Below the pieces are notes generated by a model, which was not told the origin of the DNA, made no database searches, and saw only the letters and a list, made by a program, of their open reading frames with translations. Made by a program: the position numbers and the translations under genes. A DNA stretch of 63,818 bases, the filler included, from Lenisia limosa (Eukaryota; Protista; Breviatea): the NCBI GenBank assembly GCA_001655205.1. It is 10 parts of 10 records of this genome, joined end to end, with 100 filler letters (N's around TTAATTAATTAA, not from the genome) between each part and the next. Parts side by side here need not be neighbours in the genome. Positions count along the whole stretch, not along the records: positions 10,694 to 19,034 come from LPNZ01009133.1; positions 19,135 to 24,847 come from LPNZ01004303.1; positions 24,948 to 40,156 come from LPNZ01011551.1; 7 more parts are not named here. One strand, given 5' to 3'. Position 1 is the first letter of the stretch, and every line of letters begins with the position of its first letter. Below are positions 12,187 through 25,242 of the stretch, piece by piece.

Positions 12187-15100
12187 NTCGGCCTCTGCGA
12201 TGCCGGACCAAGCATTGTCTGCACCAGCTGAGGGGGGGAGGATAAAATGGGACAATTTATGAATAAAAAAAAAGCCCAAAATTAATTATGTTGGCTGACA
12301 ACATACGAGGCTTAGGAACAACAAAACAAACAAAGCCCAGACCAGTCGCTTTTGTAGCACCGCATCCCATTACCCCAGCGGGTAATGCTTCCTTCCAGTA
12401 CAAAAGCTTCGAATATTCCAATAAATCCTCGATCCAAAGAAGCCCAAGTGATGATACTCATTATATTCAATTATACTATACCCTCATACACTGGCTACTT
12501 CAGGCCATACTGCAATAAAGTCGGCTTCCAGCTTAGCCTCTCTCAGATTATTCCAGATATTGGCACGCTCCATAGCCGTGGTAAAGGGGCGAAACAGCTC
12601 GTAAAGTACAAGACCCTGCATTGTGTTAAACAAGCAAGTTCAGGGATTGATCTTGGAATCATATCAAAAGTAAAAAGTAACTAGCGCAAGCCGTCCGTCC
12701 ACACCTTCATGTGTTACAACAGGTCCGCCCCCAAGCTCACCACCACACCAGCATAAAAATGAATACCCCTCACCATGGAGAAAACATCAGCGGATTCTGA
12801 GTATCTCGTGCGATGCAGTTGTTCTGGCGCTGCGTATGTACTCGTACCAACTCCAGCTGGGACGGTTATTGGTGTTGTGTATGNNNNNNNNNNNNNNNNN
12901 NNNNNNNNNNNNNNNNNNNNNNNNNNNNNNNNNNNNNNNNNNNNNNNNNNNNNNNNNNNNNNNNNNNNNNNNNNNNNNNNNNNNNNNNNNNNNNNNNNNN
13001 NNNNNNNNNNNNNNNNNNGAAGATGATAAGTGTGTTTTCGGCACCAACTTATGTGACAACCCCACACCCCACTTGTGTGAGTGAATCTCGGGACGCTGAT
13101 GAGAGCGCTTTGAGAGGATTCGAAGTTTCGGCTTTGCTGCAGAGTGTCACGATATATAATACATATACATATTGTACTATATATATGTAATGTGTAATGC
13201 ATAACTGACATACACCCCCACACATACATACATATATATATATATGTAAAGTCAAAGCTCCGGACATCATTCAAAATTCCCGGACACATCAAAACTCCCG
13301 GACAGCTTGAGTTTTTCATACAAAATCACCATAAACCACCTAGAAACCCTATTTCCCTTCTGTTTTTGAAAGTAACCTCAATCTTAATCGAAACTCCAAT
13401 TTAACATATTATCGGGTCAACACCAAATTAAGTCCCTAAGCTCTAGAGCTATTTACGGTCCAAAAACGGTCAAAAACAAGCAAAAGCCGTTATAAAAGGC
13501 CACATTCAAGGAATAAATGGCAACTATCCGGGAAAGTTTACCCCTGTAGACAGTGCTATTTTTAGCATTTTTTCCTCAAAATTCACCATTACATAGCCAA
13601 AGCAAATGGGAACCCGGAACCAATTACTCCGAGGGGTACAAATTTTTATTTTTTAACACTAAAAGGGGGTAAGATTCAGAAAAAAAATCCTGTGAAAAGG
13701 CAAAAGGGGGAACCCGGGAGACCAAATTCACGGATTTTTGACATTTGCTCAAAATTGAAAAAAAAAGTTAGGGAACATTAGGAGGTCCATTTCTCTATGT
13801 ATCTGTCGAAGCATTTTTCAAAAAACACTAGCAATGGCCTATACAAGGTGTCAATTTCAAGCTGTCCGGGAGTTTTGATGTGTCCGGGAATGATGTCCAG
13901 AGCTTTGAGGACCCACATATAATTATATATGCATCTGACAGTGTAGCTATATGATATACAATGATTGCTCACCAGGGTATATCTTGCTTGGCCGATTTGC
14001 ATGTGATGTTTTTTTCGAAGAATAGGTCACATATGACATACATATGATACGTATGTTTGGATATGATCTACTATATGATATTCAATATGAAGAGTGAACG
14101 AGAAAAAGAATAGGTCATAATTTCTCGTTCACTCTTCATATTGAATATCATATAGTAGATCATATCCAAACATACGTATCATATGTATGTCATATGATAA
14201 GAGTGCTAACAATATCGATATTAAGTTTCACTGCAGCAAACCGTTTTTGGAGACTCGTCGTAAGAGAAACTGCCAGATATGGAGTAATGCTGGGGGTGAG
14301 TATAGAAAATTTATGAAACAAAAAGGCTTGAAGTTTCCAAAAACAAATGCCTAATTAGGTAGTTCCCAAAACCACCACCAACCTTCGCAAGGCCGAAGTC
14401 GCCAATAAGCACTTTCAAGCCAGGGTTGGCGCTAAACTGTCAGAATGCTTTTTACACCCTTGACAAATCCTTGGTAAAACAATCTCAGTAAATTATGATA
14501 AATACTCGATAAATCCTCGATAAATTCTTGATAAATCCAAAAACAATCCTTGTTATCCTTTTGAAAAGTATGCAACATCAATAAATCAATGATAATCCAT
14601 GATATAATACATGGATAGATTAAATATTATATAATATATAATATATAATACATATATACTATATGCCGACAGATTTTCCTTGGGAAATCATGAGAAAATC
14701 GGTCACTGTCTATCCAACATATCTCCACAAATTCCCCCTTCCTTAAAAGCAACACAGCACCCCCAGCTAACCATTTAGCAAAGACCGGGGGAGTGAGCAG
14801 CGCCGCCCTGGCTGAGGCCTTGCGGAGATCAAGGGAAGTCGAGAGGTGATCGGGGGATGGGGTGGCGTAGTGTGAGGATGCGGGCGACTGGGGTGCTGAG
14901 GATTGGTCCGATCTGCATGGGAATTGAGTGAAAATGGGAAGATACAGGTTTAAAATGTTAATTTGCTAGTTTGCCCAATAATTACGGCTTCAATTCGGTT
15001 CGAAAAAGTCCGGTAAAATATGGATAGTTTTCGGAATTTATCGATAAATTTAGTCTTCTTTCGCCGAAGTGACGCCGTAATTCTAGGGCTTCCCTACGGT

Positions 15101-17170
15101 CCGGAAAAGACCGGTAAAATATCGATATTTATCGAGGATTTATCGAGAAATGCACTTTTTTTGGGACCATATAGGGAAGCCCCCCCTTCCCCCCATACTT
15201 CACAAGAAAGATGTTCTTCGGTTTGAGATCGCGATGGATCACGCTATTGTCATGGATAAACACGACGCCCTCCACAAGCTGCCGAAAAAGCGAAAACGAC
15301 TCACAGCTGTCCACTACAGTTGCCCAGGGGGGGCACCCGGGTACCGTCGGCATGTCTTCGGCTCGGAGTGCTTCGCCGCCTGAACATTGGTGAAATTTAT
15401 CAAGGATTTCTCGAGAATTTGTGTCATAATTAGGTGACTGAATGACTGAATATAGATGAAAAAAAGGAATTTTCAAGAGTGACAATTTTGAATTTATCGA
15501 GAGTTGATTTAGAATTCTTTAAAAAGCCACAATGCACCCCCCCCCCCACCTTTAGAGAGGAAGTAGTCATGCAAGGTGCCTTCTGAGCAAAGCTGCATTT
15601 TGATGTATAACGTGCAGACGGTCACTGGGGGTTCTTCGAAGCTCGCTGTTGCACGCACTGGTGGCAAGTAAATGGAAAGTTATATGAAACAAAAAAAAAA
15701 GCCCAAAATCAACTCTGCTGACACGTGAAAAGGGGAAATTTATGAACCAAAAACAAAACCCCAAATCAACTCTATTGGCTGACAACACACAAAAGTTACG
15801 AGGGTTGAGAACAACAAAACAAACACAGCCTAGGTCTGTTGCTTCTGCAGTACTGGTGGTCAAAAATATTTAGCAACATATAAATATATATAGCAATGAG
15901 AAATAAAAAATTAGGTTGTATCTGGCCGAAGNNNNNNNNNNNNNNNNNNNNNNNNNNNNNNNNNNNNNNNNNNNNNNNNNNNNNNNNNNNNNNTGCCTTA
16001 CAACTTCCTGCGTGCCATACATTCTTTAATAGGAAGTAGGTATACCCTCCCTCCCACGAGGCTGTGGATGTGCATAGGTCTCCAGCGCCGTGGCGTTCAA
16101 AACAGCTTCAGGCTCATCGTTTTGGTCCGACTCGCTTCCGATACTCCCGTCAATGCTGCCATCGGAGAATATCTACAAGGCCGTCAATACTGCTATCTGA
16201 GAATATCTACAAGGTCGCATTGGAGAACCATATGAGGGGTAAAATGGAAGGTTATTCCCAGGGCTTCACTTCAGTCCGAAAAACCCGAAAAAATATCAAT
16301 ACATTTATGTATATCGATAATTGATCGAGAAATTCAGTCTTTTTTCGAACCAAAGTGAAGAAGCCCTGACCACCAAATTATAATTCACAAATTATACATG
16401 GGGCACCACTAACCATGGTTTCGGCAGCTTTGACATAAGGCGGCGGGCTTGATTTATGGGCCATTTTCATGGCGTGACTGCCGAGGGATGACAGGTCAAT
16501 TCCGCTCATATGCGAACCGAGAGTAAGGGATCCGGACTCNNNNNNNNNNNNNNNNNNNNNNNNNNNNNNNNNNNNNNNNNNNNNNNNNNNNNNNNNNNNN
16601 NNNNNNNNNNNNNNNNNNNNNNNNNCAAAATCAACTCTGTTGAGGTAAAACAAATGAAAATGAAACAAAACAAGCCCAAAATCATTATTAATGAAGATAA
16701 TAGTGGGTGTTTGCTTCTTAAAATATAAATATGATTGAGCATTTGAGATTCCAAAATACATATCATGATATATTATATACATAGAGATAAGAAATAAAAC
16801 AAGTTCGTATCTGACCGAAGCCGTCCACACCATCACGCATAAATCAGAGATATTATAAATAATAAAGTATGTTAATTCACCCAATCATTTCCCCCATAAA
16901 ACATCGACATTGTCTCAGAACCCTCAAGACACCCAAATGAATCGCATACCTGCTACTGGATGAACTTTCCGATTCTGACGTTCCCTCGACTTCAGAACAA
17001 TCTTCAATGTCTTCGTGCTCTTCTTCATCATCTTCATCTTCATCATCTTCATCATCTTCATCATCTTCATCATCTTCATCATCTTCATCATCATCATCTT
17101 CTTCATCATCGTTTTCAACATCATTCTCGTCTTCTTCATTATTTTCACCATCTTCATCTTCAGCCTCCAT
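12187..17170 (-). CDS. eIF2-alpha kinase (HRI/PEK-like) catalytic domain with long inserts; subdomains I-IV not found (probably upstream or in a gap; gene may extend to ~19034)
   Basis: Exons encode TLYIKMQLCSEGTL (V), FRQLVEGVVFIHDNSVIHRDLKPKNIFL (VI), KVLIGDFGLAK (VII), HTTGVGTSTYAAPEQL..YSESADVFSMGLVLYELFRPFTTAMERA (VIII-X) and LVQTMLGPASQRP (XI). HT.GVGT.xYA.PEQ and ELF.PF.T.MER are characteristic of eIF2alpha kinases such as HRI. Confidence 0.88.
13247..13919. mobile_element. Family D non-autonomous DNA element (~600-670 bp), intronic in the kinase gene
   Basis: ~55-bp subterminal inverted repeats TCAAAGCTCCGGACATCATTC..GACACATCAAAACTCCCGGACAGCTTG; homologous along its whole length to 28169-28774 in the opposite orientation. 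Confidence 0.85.
14030..14196. repeat. Perfect inverted repeat: 76-bp arms, 15-bp spacer
   Basis: 14030-14105 is the exact reverse complement of 14121-14196; AAGAATAGGTCA occurs both just before the left arm (14018-14029) and in the spacer (14106-14117). Confidence 0.95.
17027..17112 (-). repeat. (GAT/GAA)n coding microsatellite giving a poly-Asp/Glu tract in the kinase insert
   Basis: Plus strand shows tcatct/tcatca repeats; the minus frame reads EEDDDDEDDEDDEDDEDDEDDEDEDDEEE. Confidence 0.8.
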
Positions 17171-17422
17171 TTGCGCCTGGATAATTAATAAGGTTTATTA
17201 TTCAAACAGAATTCTCACTCATGTTGAAAATATGAATAAAGTACGACTTCGTGCAATTAATTTTTTGCAGAAATTAATTGACAAAAGAAATTAAAGTGTC
17301 AGAAATTGAGTTTACATTACAAAATGTCGCACTTCAAATCTTTCAATTATTTTTTCAATGAATTGTACGGAGTCCTAGAATAAAGCAAGGGATCTGGTCG
17401 AAACGAGAGATACATAGGATTA

Positions 17423-17518
17423 GAGCTTCACTTCGGGTCGAAAAAAGACTGAATTTCTCGATAAATCTTCGAAAACTATCGGTATTTTACCGGTCTTTTT
17501 CGAACAGAAGTGAAGCCC
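17423..17518. mobile_element. MITE family B, ~95 bp, Tc1/mariner (Stowaway-like) type (representative). Other copies: 6783-6877, 7251-7342, 8848-8966, 11225-11318, 11650-11747, 14985-15077, 15086-15183, 16261-16366, 18222-18310, 22326-22427, 22795-22922, 42955-43048, 43078-43320, 57889-57981
   Basis: TIRs GGGCTTCACTTCGGTTCGAAAAA..TTTTTCGAACCGAAGTGAAGCCC, core GACTGAATTTCTCGATAAATCCTCGAAAACTATCGATATTTTACCGG; several copies flanked by TA on both sides (7251, 8848, 14985, 17423, 18222). Confidence 0.9.
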
Positions 17519-19134
17519 TACATATGATATTGTTTATTCAATACCCCCCCACCCCCGTTGTTTTGAAAGTCAAAAAAAAATCTCAAATTTCCAAGCTGTA
17601 TTTTAACCCTGTTCTTTCGTTTGTCATCTGAAACAAAGCAACCCTGGCCCCACACCCTCTTATGTTTCTCTTTCATCTACGTCCACATTGTTTTCAAATT
17701 GAGTACCCAGTTACAACATTCCCCTTGAACTGATTGACCCTATTTTAGAATTGTTTACAACACCCAATGATTATTCAGGTCCTACCAATTCAATCAGCAT
17801 CCCCATACCGTCTCATTACTCATCATTTCCCTTGCAACGGGGGAGACAACAGCGTAGTCGAGGGGGTCAATTACCAGAGCCTGCTGCGTGTCTTTCGCAT
17901 CGTCAGCAACTTGATTGTTATTAACGGTGACAATAGTATTATGAGGGCAAATTATGAAGAAAATGGTGTTTTGATAACAATTAGAACGGATGAATAAAAG
18001 ACAACTGGGGAAAAAAGATAACTTAGGGGAAATTGTGGTAGTGTCTTTCCTATCGTCAGCAACTTTATTATTATTAGGGCTCCGTGTAATTAATTAAATA
18101 AATAAGATTGCAAAATTTGAAGTGACAAGTATTGATTCTAGTGGAAGTCATTATTGAAATAGGAGAAAGAAATGATCATCGTACTAAGCAAGTCACGACA
18201 GTTTCTTATGACATATAATTAGGGCTTCACTTCGGTTTGACAAAGACCGGTAAATTATCGATAGTTTTCGAGGATTTTTCGAGAAATTCAGTTGAACCGA
18301 AGTGAAGCCGTACACATAGTACAATTTCTTCACCTCTAATAACAAGTAGGGATCCGTGTAATTAATTTTTTGAAGAAATTAATTGACAAAATTTGCATTA
18401 AGGTGTCTGAAATGGCGTCCCCATGACAAAATGTCTCACCCATTAACCAAGCAAAATTAACACGCATCAAGATTAAACCCAGCAAACATTCCAACGGTTC
18501 TGGATATCCAGGTTTTAAGGTTCCGGGAGTATCCACTTCAGATATGGTGGAGATAACCTGGGAAATGAGAAAGTTGATGAGACCATAAGTACACAGACCA
18601 AGGGATAAGTCCTGATAGTGATATTGAGCTTTATCTTGAGTAAATCGTGTCAGGACATCGTGGTCACTGAAAAGTCCAAGACCTCCTTAAGACAAAATTT
18701 ATATCATTCAAACCCCTCACATTTATAATACACTCTATCCTTCGACTGTCCTTATTATATATATAGCAATGAAAAATACAAAACAGGTTTATCTAGCCAA
18801 AGCCGTCCACACCATCACGCTGAAAAGATATATTGGATTATTGTATAATAATATTAATTCACCCAATCACTTGTCTTACAACTCTGTGCACAAAGCTTTC
18901 TGCGTGCCTCCCCAGCATCCTTATTTTTCTTATTGTGATCAATTCATAGAGTATCACTAGTGTTCAAAAACACACACACCCCTCCCACCACCCTTCCCGA
19001 GGACAGAGACGCGTCCGACTCCTCGTCCGTCATTNNNNNNNNNNNNNNNNNNNNNNNNNNNNNNNNNNNNNNNNNNNNTTAATTAATTAANNNNNNNNNN
19101 NNNNNNNNNNNNNNNNNNNNNNNNNNNNNNNNNN

Positions 19135-22100
19135 AAAAACAGCGTCAGTGATCTTCCTCATGGCCGTATTCAGATCAGGATGTCTCGGGCCTGAATCAGT
19201 GACCGGTATGTTAATGCATTAGTGTGAGAACTTGTATAAGCTTGTGATTTGTCATTCTGAGTTTTGTAGACAATTCGGTTGTTATTTACGCCAAGCCCAC
19301 ATCTCAGCATAAGAAGGTTGGAAGACACGACAACAGCGTCAATGAAGGTCCCGTGGCTTGGTGGCTGATTGCTCTGCGGGGTTAATAATAACGTGGGGTT
19401 ACAACTGTTAAAGACGGAAGTAGCTCCTCTCATGAAGATAAAAAAAATAATGAAGAAGAAAAACTTGACCCCCCCCCCCCTCNNNNNNNNNNNNNNNNNN
19501 NNNNNNNNNNNNNNNNNNNNNNNNNNNNNNNNNNNNNNNNNNNNNNNNNNNNNNNNNNNNNNNNNNNGCATTTTTACAGGCACGATTGGCTGGGGATTTG
19601 GAAGGACGCTGGGTTTTTCTGAAAATCGCGTGAAATAGGTCGAAGAATGAGAAAACAACAACATACTACATATCACTTACTCTGCTGCTGCTGCTGCTGT
19701 TGCTGTGAAATTGCAAAGAGGGTTTTTGAGCTGTCTTGCTTTGTATGTGTCTCAGCAGACTAATGGGGTAAGAGCGAAGGTGACAAAACTTATTTCAATA
19801 CTACTATACTTGTCAGAGTTACTTCGATCAAACACAAAATGAAGAGAATCACCCACATTAGCATTGGGATTCTGCTTGGCATTTGGGATAGTTGCAGGGG
19901 CTGTGTTCGCCCCAGGATAAGAATGCAGCGCAACGTTAGAGCGAAAAGATGGGCTATCAGACGGGGAAGGAAAACTGTTCTTGCATAACGCCCATTTGTT
20001 CTGGGGAGGGACAACAGGAAAACTAGTGTTGCCCGCTTGGTTGTGCTGAGTTGGAAGGTTTTGCGGAGGCCCCCCCAGCGGTGTGACTGGAGGGGCTCTT
20101 GCTAAAGGGTCCTGCTGCGGGTGGCTGGGGTACTGGGAGTGAGGGGAAGGGACGATCGGAAGGTTTTGCCCCTGATTGACAGGGCCTCTGAACATTTTTC
20201 CGGTGTTGGGATTTCGAACGGCGTGATTCGGAGGGACAATGGAAGTCCGCGAGGGGTACAAAAGCGGGCTTTGGGCTGTGAGTGAGCGGGGGTGTGGGGT
20301 GTGGTTTTGAGAGGGAGAGGGTGCAAATCGGCCGGCATTAGCCTGGGGTTGCCAATTCGGATTACCCCCTGTTTGTCCCGATGAATTATGTCCCCCGCTG
20401 ATTTGCTTCCCTGTGGAGTTGGAGGGGGTGGAAAAATGTTCATTCTGCGGGTGGGTATTAACAGCAACTGCGTCGGTTACGGGGCTTTCGGGGGGTTTTG
20501 CTTGGAAAAAGGCATTGGTGAATGTTTGCGAAACAGGAGGGACTGTTGACAGGCTTGAGACTGTTTTCGGTGCGGGCAGTCTGGCTGGGACTTTTGGGGG
20601 AACAGAAGAGGTGGTTTGGTAACTGTCAAAATCATTCTGGCTTGAGGATTCGAGAAATTCGAAAATCGTCTGTGACGGTTGTTGCGAGTTTACCGGGGTT
20701 CCAGTGGTATCCGGGGCTATGAAGCCTCCAGAGGGCACGTTTGAAATCGGACCAGGCTGTTGCTGAGTGCTGGTGAGGTTGAAGTGGGGATTGGCTTTGA
20801 CCAGAACGGAGCTTTGTGGGACCTTTGAGTTTCCAAAGAGACCTGATGGTGGTGAATGTAATAATGGTGTACAATTCACGATGAATAATCTAATCCCAAA
20901 CAAAGCAAAAAACAAACAAAAAAAGCAATAACAAGATGAAATACGTAAATAGAAAAAAACAAAATAGCCTACATACCGGCTTTATTGACGAGGGTTTGGT
21001 TGGGGAAAGGTTGTCGTAATTGTTCCCTGGGAGTTTAGTGAGAAGTAATGCCAGATACAAACAGTATATCATATTTCATATATGATCGTAAATATTGCAT
21101 ATTTTTCTCAATGAATAAAAGCCCCTCCCTTCATGATTATATTAACAAAGAATACTGTAAAGATGGTTGTGCATGTATTATGCTCAAGCACCCCCCCCCC
21201 CCCNNNNNNNNNNNNNNNNNNNNNNNNNNNNNNNNNNNNNNNNNNNNNNNNNNNNNNNNNNNNNNNNNNNNNNNNNNNNNNNNNNNNNNNNNNNNNNNNN
21301 NNNNNNNNNNNNNNNNNNNNNNNNNNNNNNNNNNNNNNNNNNNNNNTGCTGCGGTGAGGGCTGCGTGCTGGAGTGTCTTGAGCCTGGGGAGGGGGTAAAT
21401 AGGGAAGTAATTATTCCATACTTGAACCGCATAATCTACAAAAACAAATATTGTAAAACACAACTCTATTTTTGTACGTATGGGATTTGTCTTGACACGA
21501 GGATAAAATAATAATAATAATAAACTGTGATGTTAAAAAACTGGGAGAGTTACCGAAAAATGGATAAGAATTATCACTGACCATTTTGTGGTGAATCAGG
21601 TTCGAAAAGCGTTGAATGGTCCTGGTGGAATAAAAACATTGAGAGTAGGAAATATAACACAACAAACAAACCCTATAAACAAAAGGCAACAAGAGGACCC
21701 ACACCCGCCATCCATATACCACGTCCCCTACACGTCATAATATCTCTCCCAACCTGTACACTTGGAGGTGATGGGGTTTCCTGGCTGCTTTCACATGAGA
21801 ATAGTTCCGAAAATGGCTGTGCCTAAATATGTCCATAAAATAAACAAGAGTGTATTTTTTTTAAGGAAAATGTTTGAAAGGGGTGTCAGCGCGAGGTAAG
21901 GATCAAAAAGACAGCTGAATGTTCCTCAACCAATTTAGCAACAGAAGGAAGTAAAACTACATTGTGATAAGAAACCAAGATTTGTATATTTACATTAACA
22001 ATATGTCGGGGATTTTAACTGCAAGAAATATTAATGTTGAAAAGCAATTCACGGGGACATACCTGTTTAGCCTTTGCAGGGCTGGGGGCCTTATGTGCTG

Positions 22101-24715
22101 CACTGGTGGAATAGTTTCCGGGGGTTGAAACTATGGGATTTCTCTAAACGTATTAGTACAAAAAGGGGGTGTATTGCATAAAAAACAGTATCCTGGTTCA
22201 ATATCTTCAATTTGGTCTCGAGCCACTTGTACCCACCTTGTGACTGCCTGTTGAAGTGGATTCATTGGGACCGTAGAGCTGAAGTGTCAAATACTCTTGG
22301 AGAAAGAAGACAGTGTTAACATGTAGGGCTTCCATATGATCCAAAAAGTGGATTTCTCAATAAATCCTCAATAACTATCGATATTTAACCGGGTTTTTTC
22401 GGAACATAGATGTAAATAGGGAAGCCCTCCCCCCCCCNNNNNNNNNNNNNNNNNNNNNNNNNNNNNNNNNNNNNNNNNNNNNNNNNNNNNNNNNNNNNNN
22501 NNNNNNNNNNNNNNNNNNNNNNNNNNNNNNNNNNNNNNNNNNNNNNNNNNNNNNNNNNNNNNNGTTCTCTAATTATTTGTACTCTGAGATTGTCTGATTA
22601 AGCTCGGAAAACACCCACCTGAGGGGCTCGGTTTCGAGGGGCCACGAATTGCTGGGGGTGACCTTGTTGGATGCCTGAGGGATAAATGGGATATATGAGG
22701 GGAGGTGAAAAATGGGAGTTCATGGAGGGGGGTGTATGAATACAAACAAAAATGAACCATCTCATTGACTTTGTAAACCTGGGTGATTGGGTAGGACTAG
22801 CACGGTCCTCAAATACCGAAAAATATCGACATTCAAATCGGTTCGAAAAAAGACTGAATTCTCGATAAATCCTCGAAAACTACCGATATTTTACCAGTCT
22901 TTTTCGAACCGAAGTGAAGCCCTAGTGAGGATACCTTGGACATGGTGGGAGCACTGAGGGGACGGCGTGAATGGTGCGTTTTGCGGGGTTTCAGGGAAAA
23001 CATTGCAGCCTGGAGGGTACTGGGGTGGAGGGGCTCTATCATAAATTAGTATTTAAAGCCAAAGCACAAATGCAGATATGATATCTGGACCCATACTATG
23101 TGAATTAGAAAAGAGGAAGGGTAAGCAACTTATCTGTCTAAATTTATGGACACAGCACTAAAATTAATAGTATGATAATATATTGAAAAAAATATATAGT
23201 ATATATGATATCATATTATATATTATATTTATAGTGCATATCATATACATATAGTAATGTACATATGATGATACACTGTACAGGAATCATCTTCACAACC
23301 GTGTTTGTGTCCATCAGTTGTACAACTGCACCATACACCCAACATTTTACAAGCCCCCTCCCCTTACGCAATATGTGGACTGACAGGAATATTGAATTGT
23401 CCTCTATTATTGTTTTTGTCGTTTTCTTGCCCATGAACCCCTTGAACGAAGTTTGAGGAATTGGGGGTTTGGCCATGAGGGGCGGTATATCTAAGGAAAA
23501 GCATCAATGAATACAAATGCAGTGTCAATTTTAACCAAATATTCCAAAGTATAGTTTTGACAACTAATCTGTACCTAAAAACTTGTGCTGTAATAGGTTA
23601 ATAATGGATTTGGCATGGAATCCCTTTTTACCTTGTTTGATTGGGCGCGATCAGTGCTGAAGACTGCTTTTGTGACCTGAGATGTAAAAGTTATCAGAAG
23701 GACACACGATACACGCGATCCAACATTACACAACCCCCCCCCCCACAAAAGCTGCTGTGCTTGCTGCCTCTGTTTCAATGTAAGTCGAGACTTGCCATAA
23801 AACTGCTGATCTGTGTGCACAAGAGAGTTGTCTGGGAAGGGAGTGAAAAAGTGTCCAATACTGATCGATGATATGATAGTATGAAGCATAATGAAAATTA
23901 ATGATATATTTCTACTATTAATTTTGATATTGGAAAATAAATAATGTAGATTGTTGTGCGTATCACAATTCAAGATGCATCTACATGCAATGTCATAATT
24001 ATGAGCCTTGTCTGAATGTCACGTTTAGAAATGAGAAAAAAGAAAGATATCCTATGGTACCATAACTATAATGTGTACCTCACCTTTGGGAAAGGCCGGG
24101 CCTGACTGGGGGTTTGAACTGGATTGTTGAGGGCGTCCTGAACTGTAAAAATAGTAGACTTAAGGGTTATTATATGGTTATATACTATTAGCAGTAGATT
24201 ATTTGATAATGATAAGTAAAACCAGAAATTGTTTCTTGAAAAGAATATATATACCATATAGCATCTTATCCGCAAAAAAATACCCTGAAAACCTTTCGTT
24301 GGTGAAGACATCTCCTCAAAAGACCGGTTTTTGAACTTTGAGAAGGGGCTAGAGACAGACGTAGTTGGGACCTAAGGCTGTGAGGGGTAATGGGGGGAGA
24401 GTAGTCCACCCCAGCACGTTATATAGTAACTAGCTGAAGCGTTTGGGGGCAAGGAACACAGACGAGAGAACTCGATTCAATTGGAGGGTGGTGATGGTGA
24501 GGTAAGGGGAATTTCAAGTAATATCATACAATGCTTGCTGATGCTAGTAATAGTATACCACGAGTTAAGCACGTGACAACATGTAGATCTTGACAATGAT
24601 TACTCGATAATTGTCGATGTAACAAGCTATAACTCGAAGGATATTCTGAGCATACTGTCTTTGGCCATTGTTTTGACGTTGCCGTGAGAACTGAAAAGTT
24701 ACTATCAACTGAGAA
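19135..24715 (-). CDS. Large multi-exon Pro/Gln/Ser/Asn-rich low-complexity protein, both ends in gaps
   Basis: Long exon ~19752-20840 (QQPSQT..PPQNLPTQHNQAG) plus phase-consistent small exons, e.g. 23370-23490 (IYRPHGQTPNSS..), 22935-23020 (YPPGCNVFPETPQ..), 22615-22675 (GIQQGHPQQFVAPRNRAPQ), 22055-22135 (RNPIVSTPGNYST..). Confidence 0.6.
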
Positions 24716-24947
24716 ATAAATAACTCTTCATAATGTACAAATGCTGCTATTGTAACATAGGGTTCGTCGAGATTCTGTTAAAAAAGGGTACACAATAAAT
24801 CAGGGGAACATTTATAAATATCCAAGAAAAATCACACGGAGCAGACCNNNNNNNNNNNNNNNNNNNNNNNNNNNNNNNNNNNNNNNNNNNNTTAATTAAT
24901 TAANNNNNNNNNNNNNNNNNNNNNNNNNNNNNNNNNNNNNNNNNNNN

Positions 24948-25215
24948 ACCATTTCAACCACCTCCGCAGTTACCGGAGCTCCATCTGTCAATATTTTTTC
25001 TAATATTCTTGAAATCAACACTGGGTGTTGTTCAGGGTCCAGTTTATATTGTGAACTTTGCTTGTTTGGCAAAGCTCCATTATTATACTTTTGAACTGTA
25101 GATAATGAAATGACAATCGATCAAGATACTGACAGACCTGTAGCATTGTTTGAACGTCACGCAAAGTTCATCTCTTTCGCAACAGTAAAGGGGGAATGAA
25201 TCTGTTCATGCTGCT
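24948..25215 (-). pseudogene. Possible decayed Tc1/IS630-like transposase N-terminal (HTH) fragment
   Basis: VAKEMNFA*..TVQKYNNG..HPVLISRILEKI..PVTAEVVEM loosely resembles the Tc1 HTH region; contains an in-frame stop. Weak, by eye. Confidence 0.25.
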
Positions 25216-25242
25216 TAAACAATAAAAATGATAAAAAATTGA

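Noticed and set aside
16924-17294. ORFs with poly-His/Leu, poly-Ser or MKMMK repeats
   Set aside because: Alternative frames and strands of the same (GAT/GAA)n microsatellite that encodes the acidic kinase insert.
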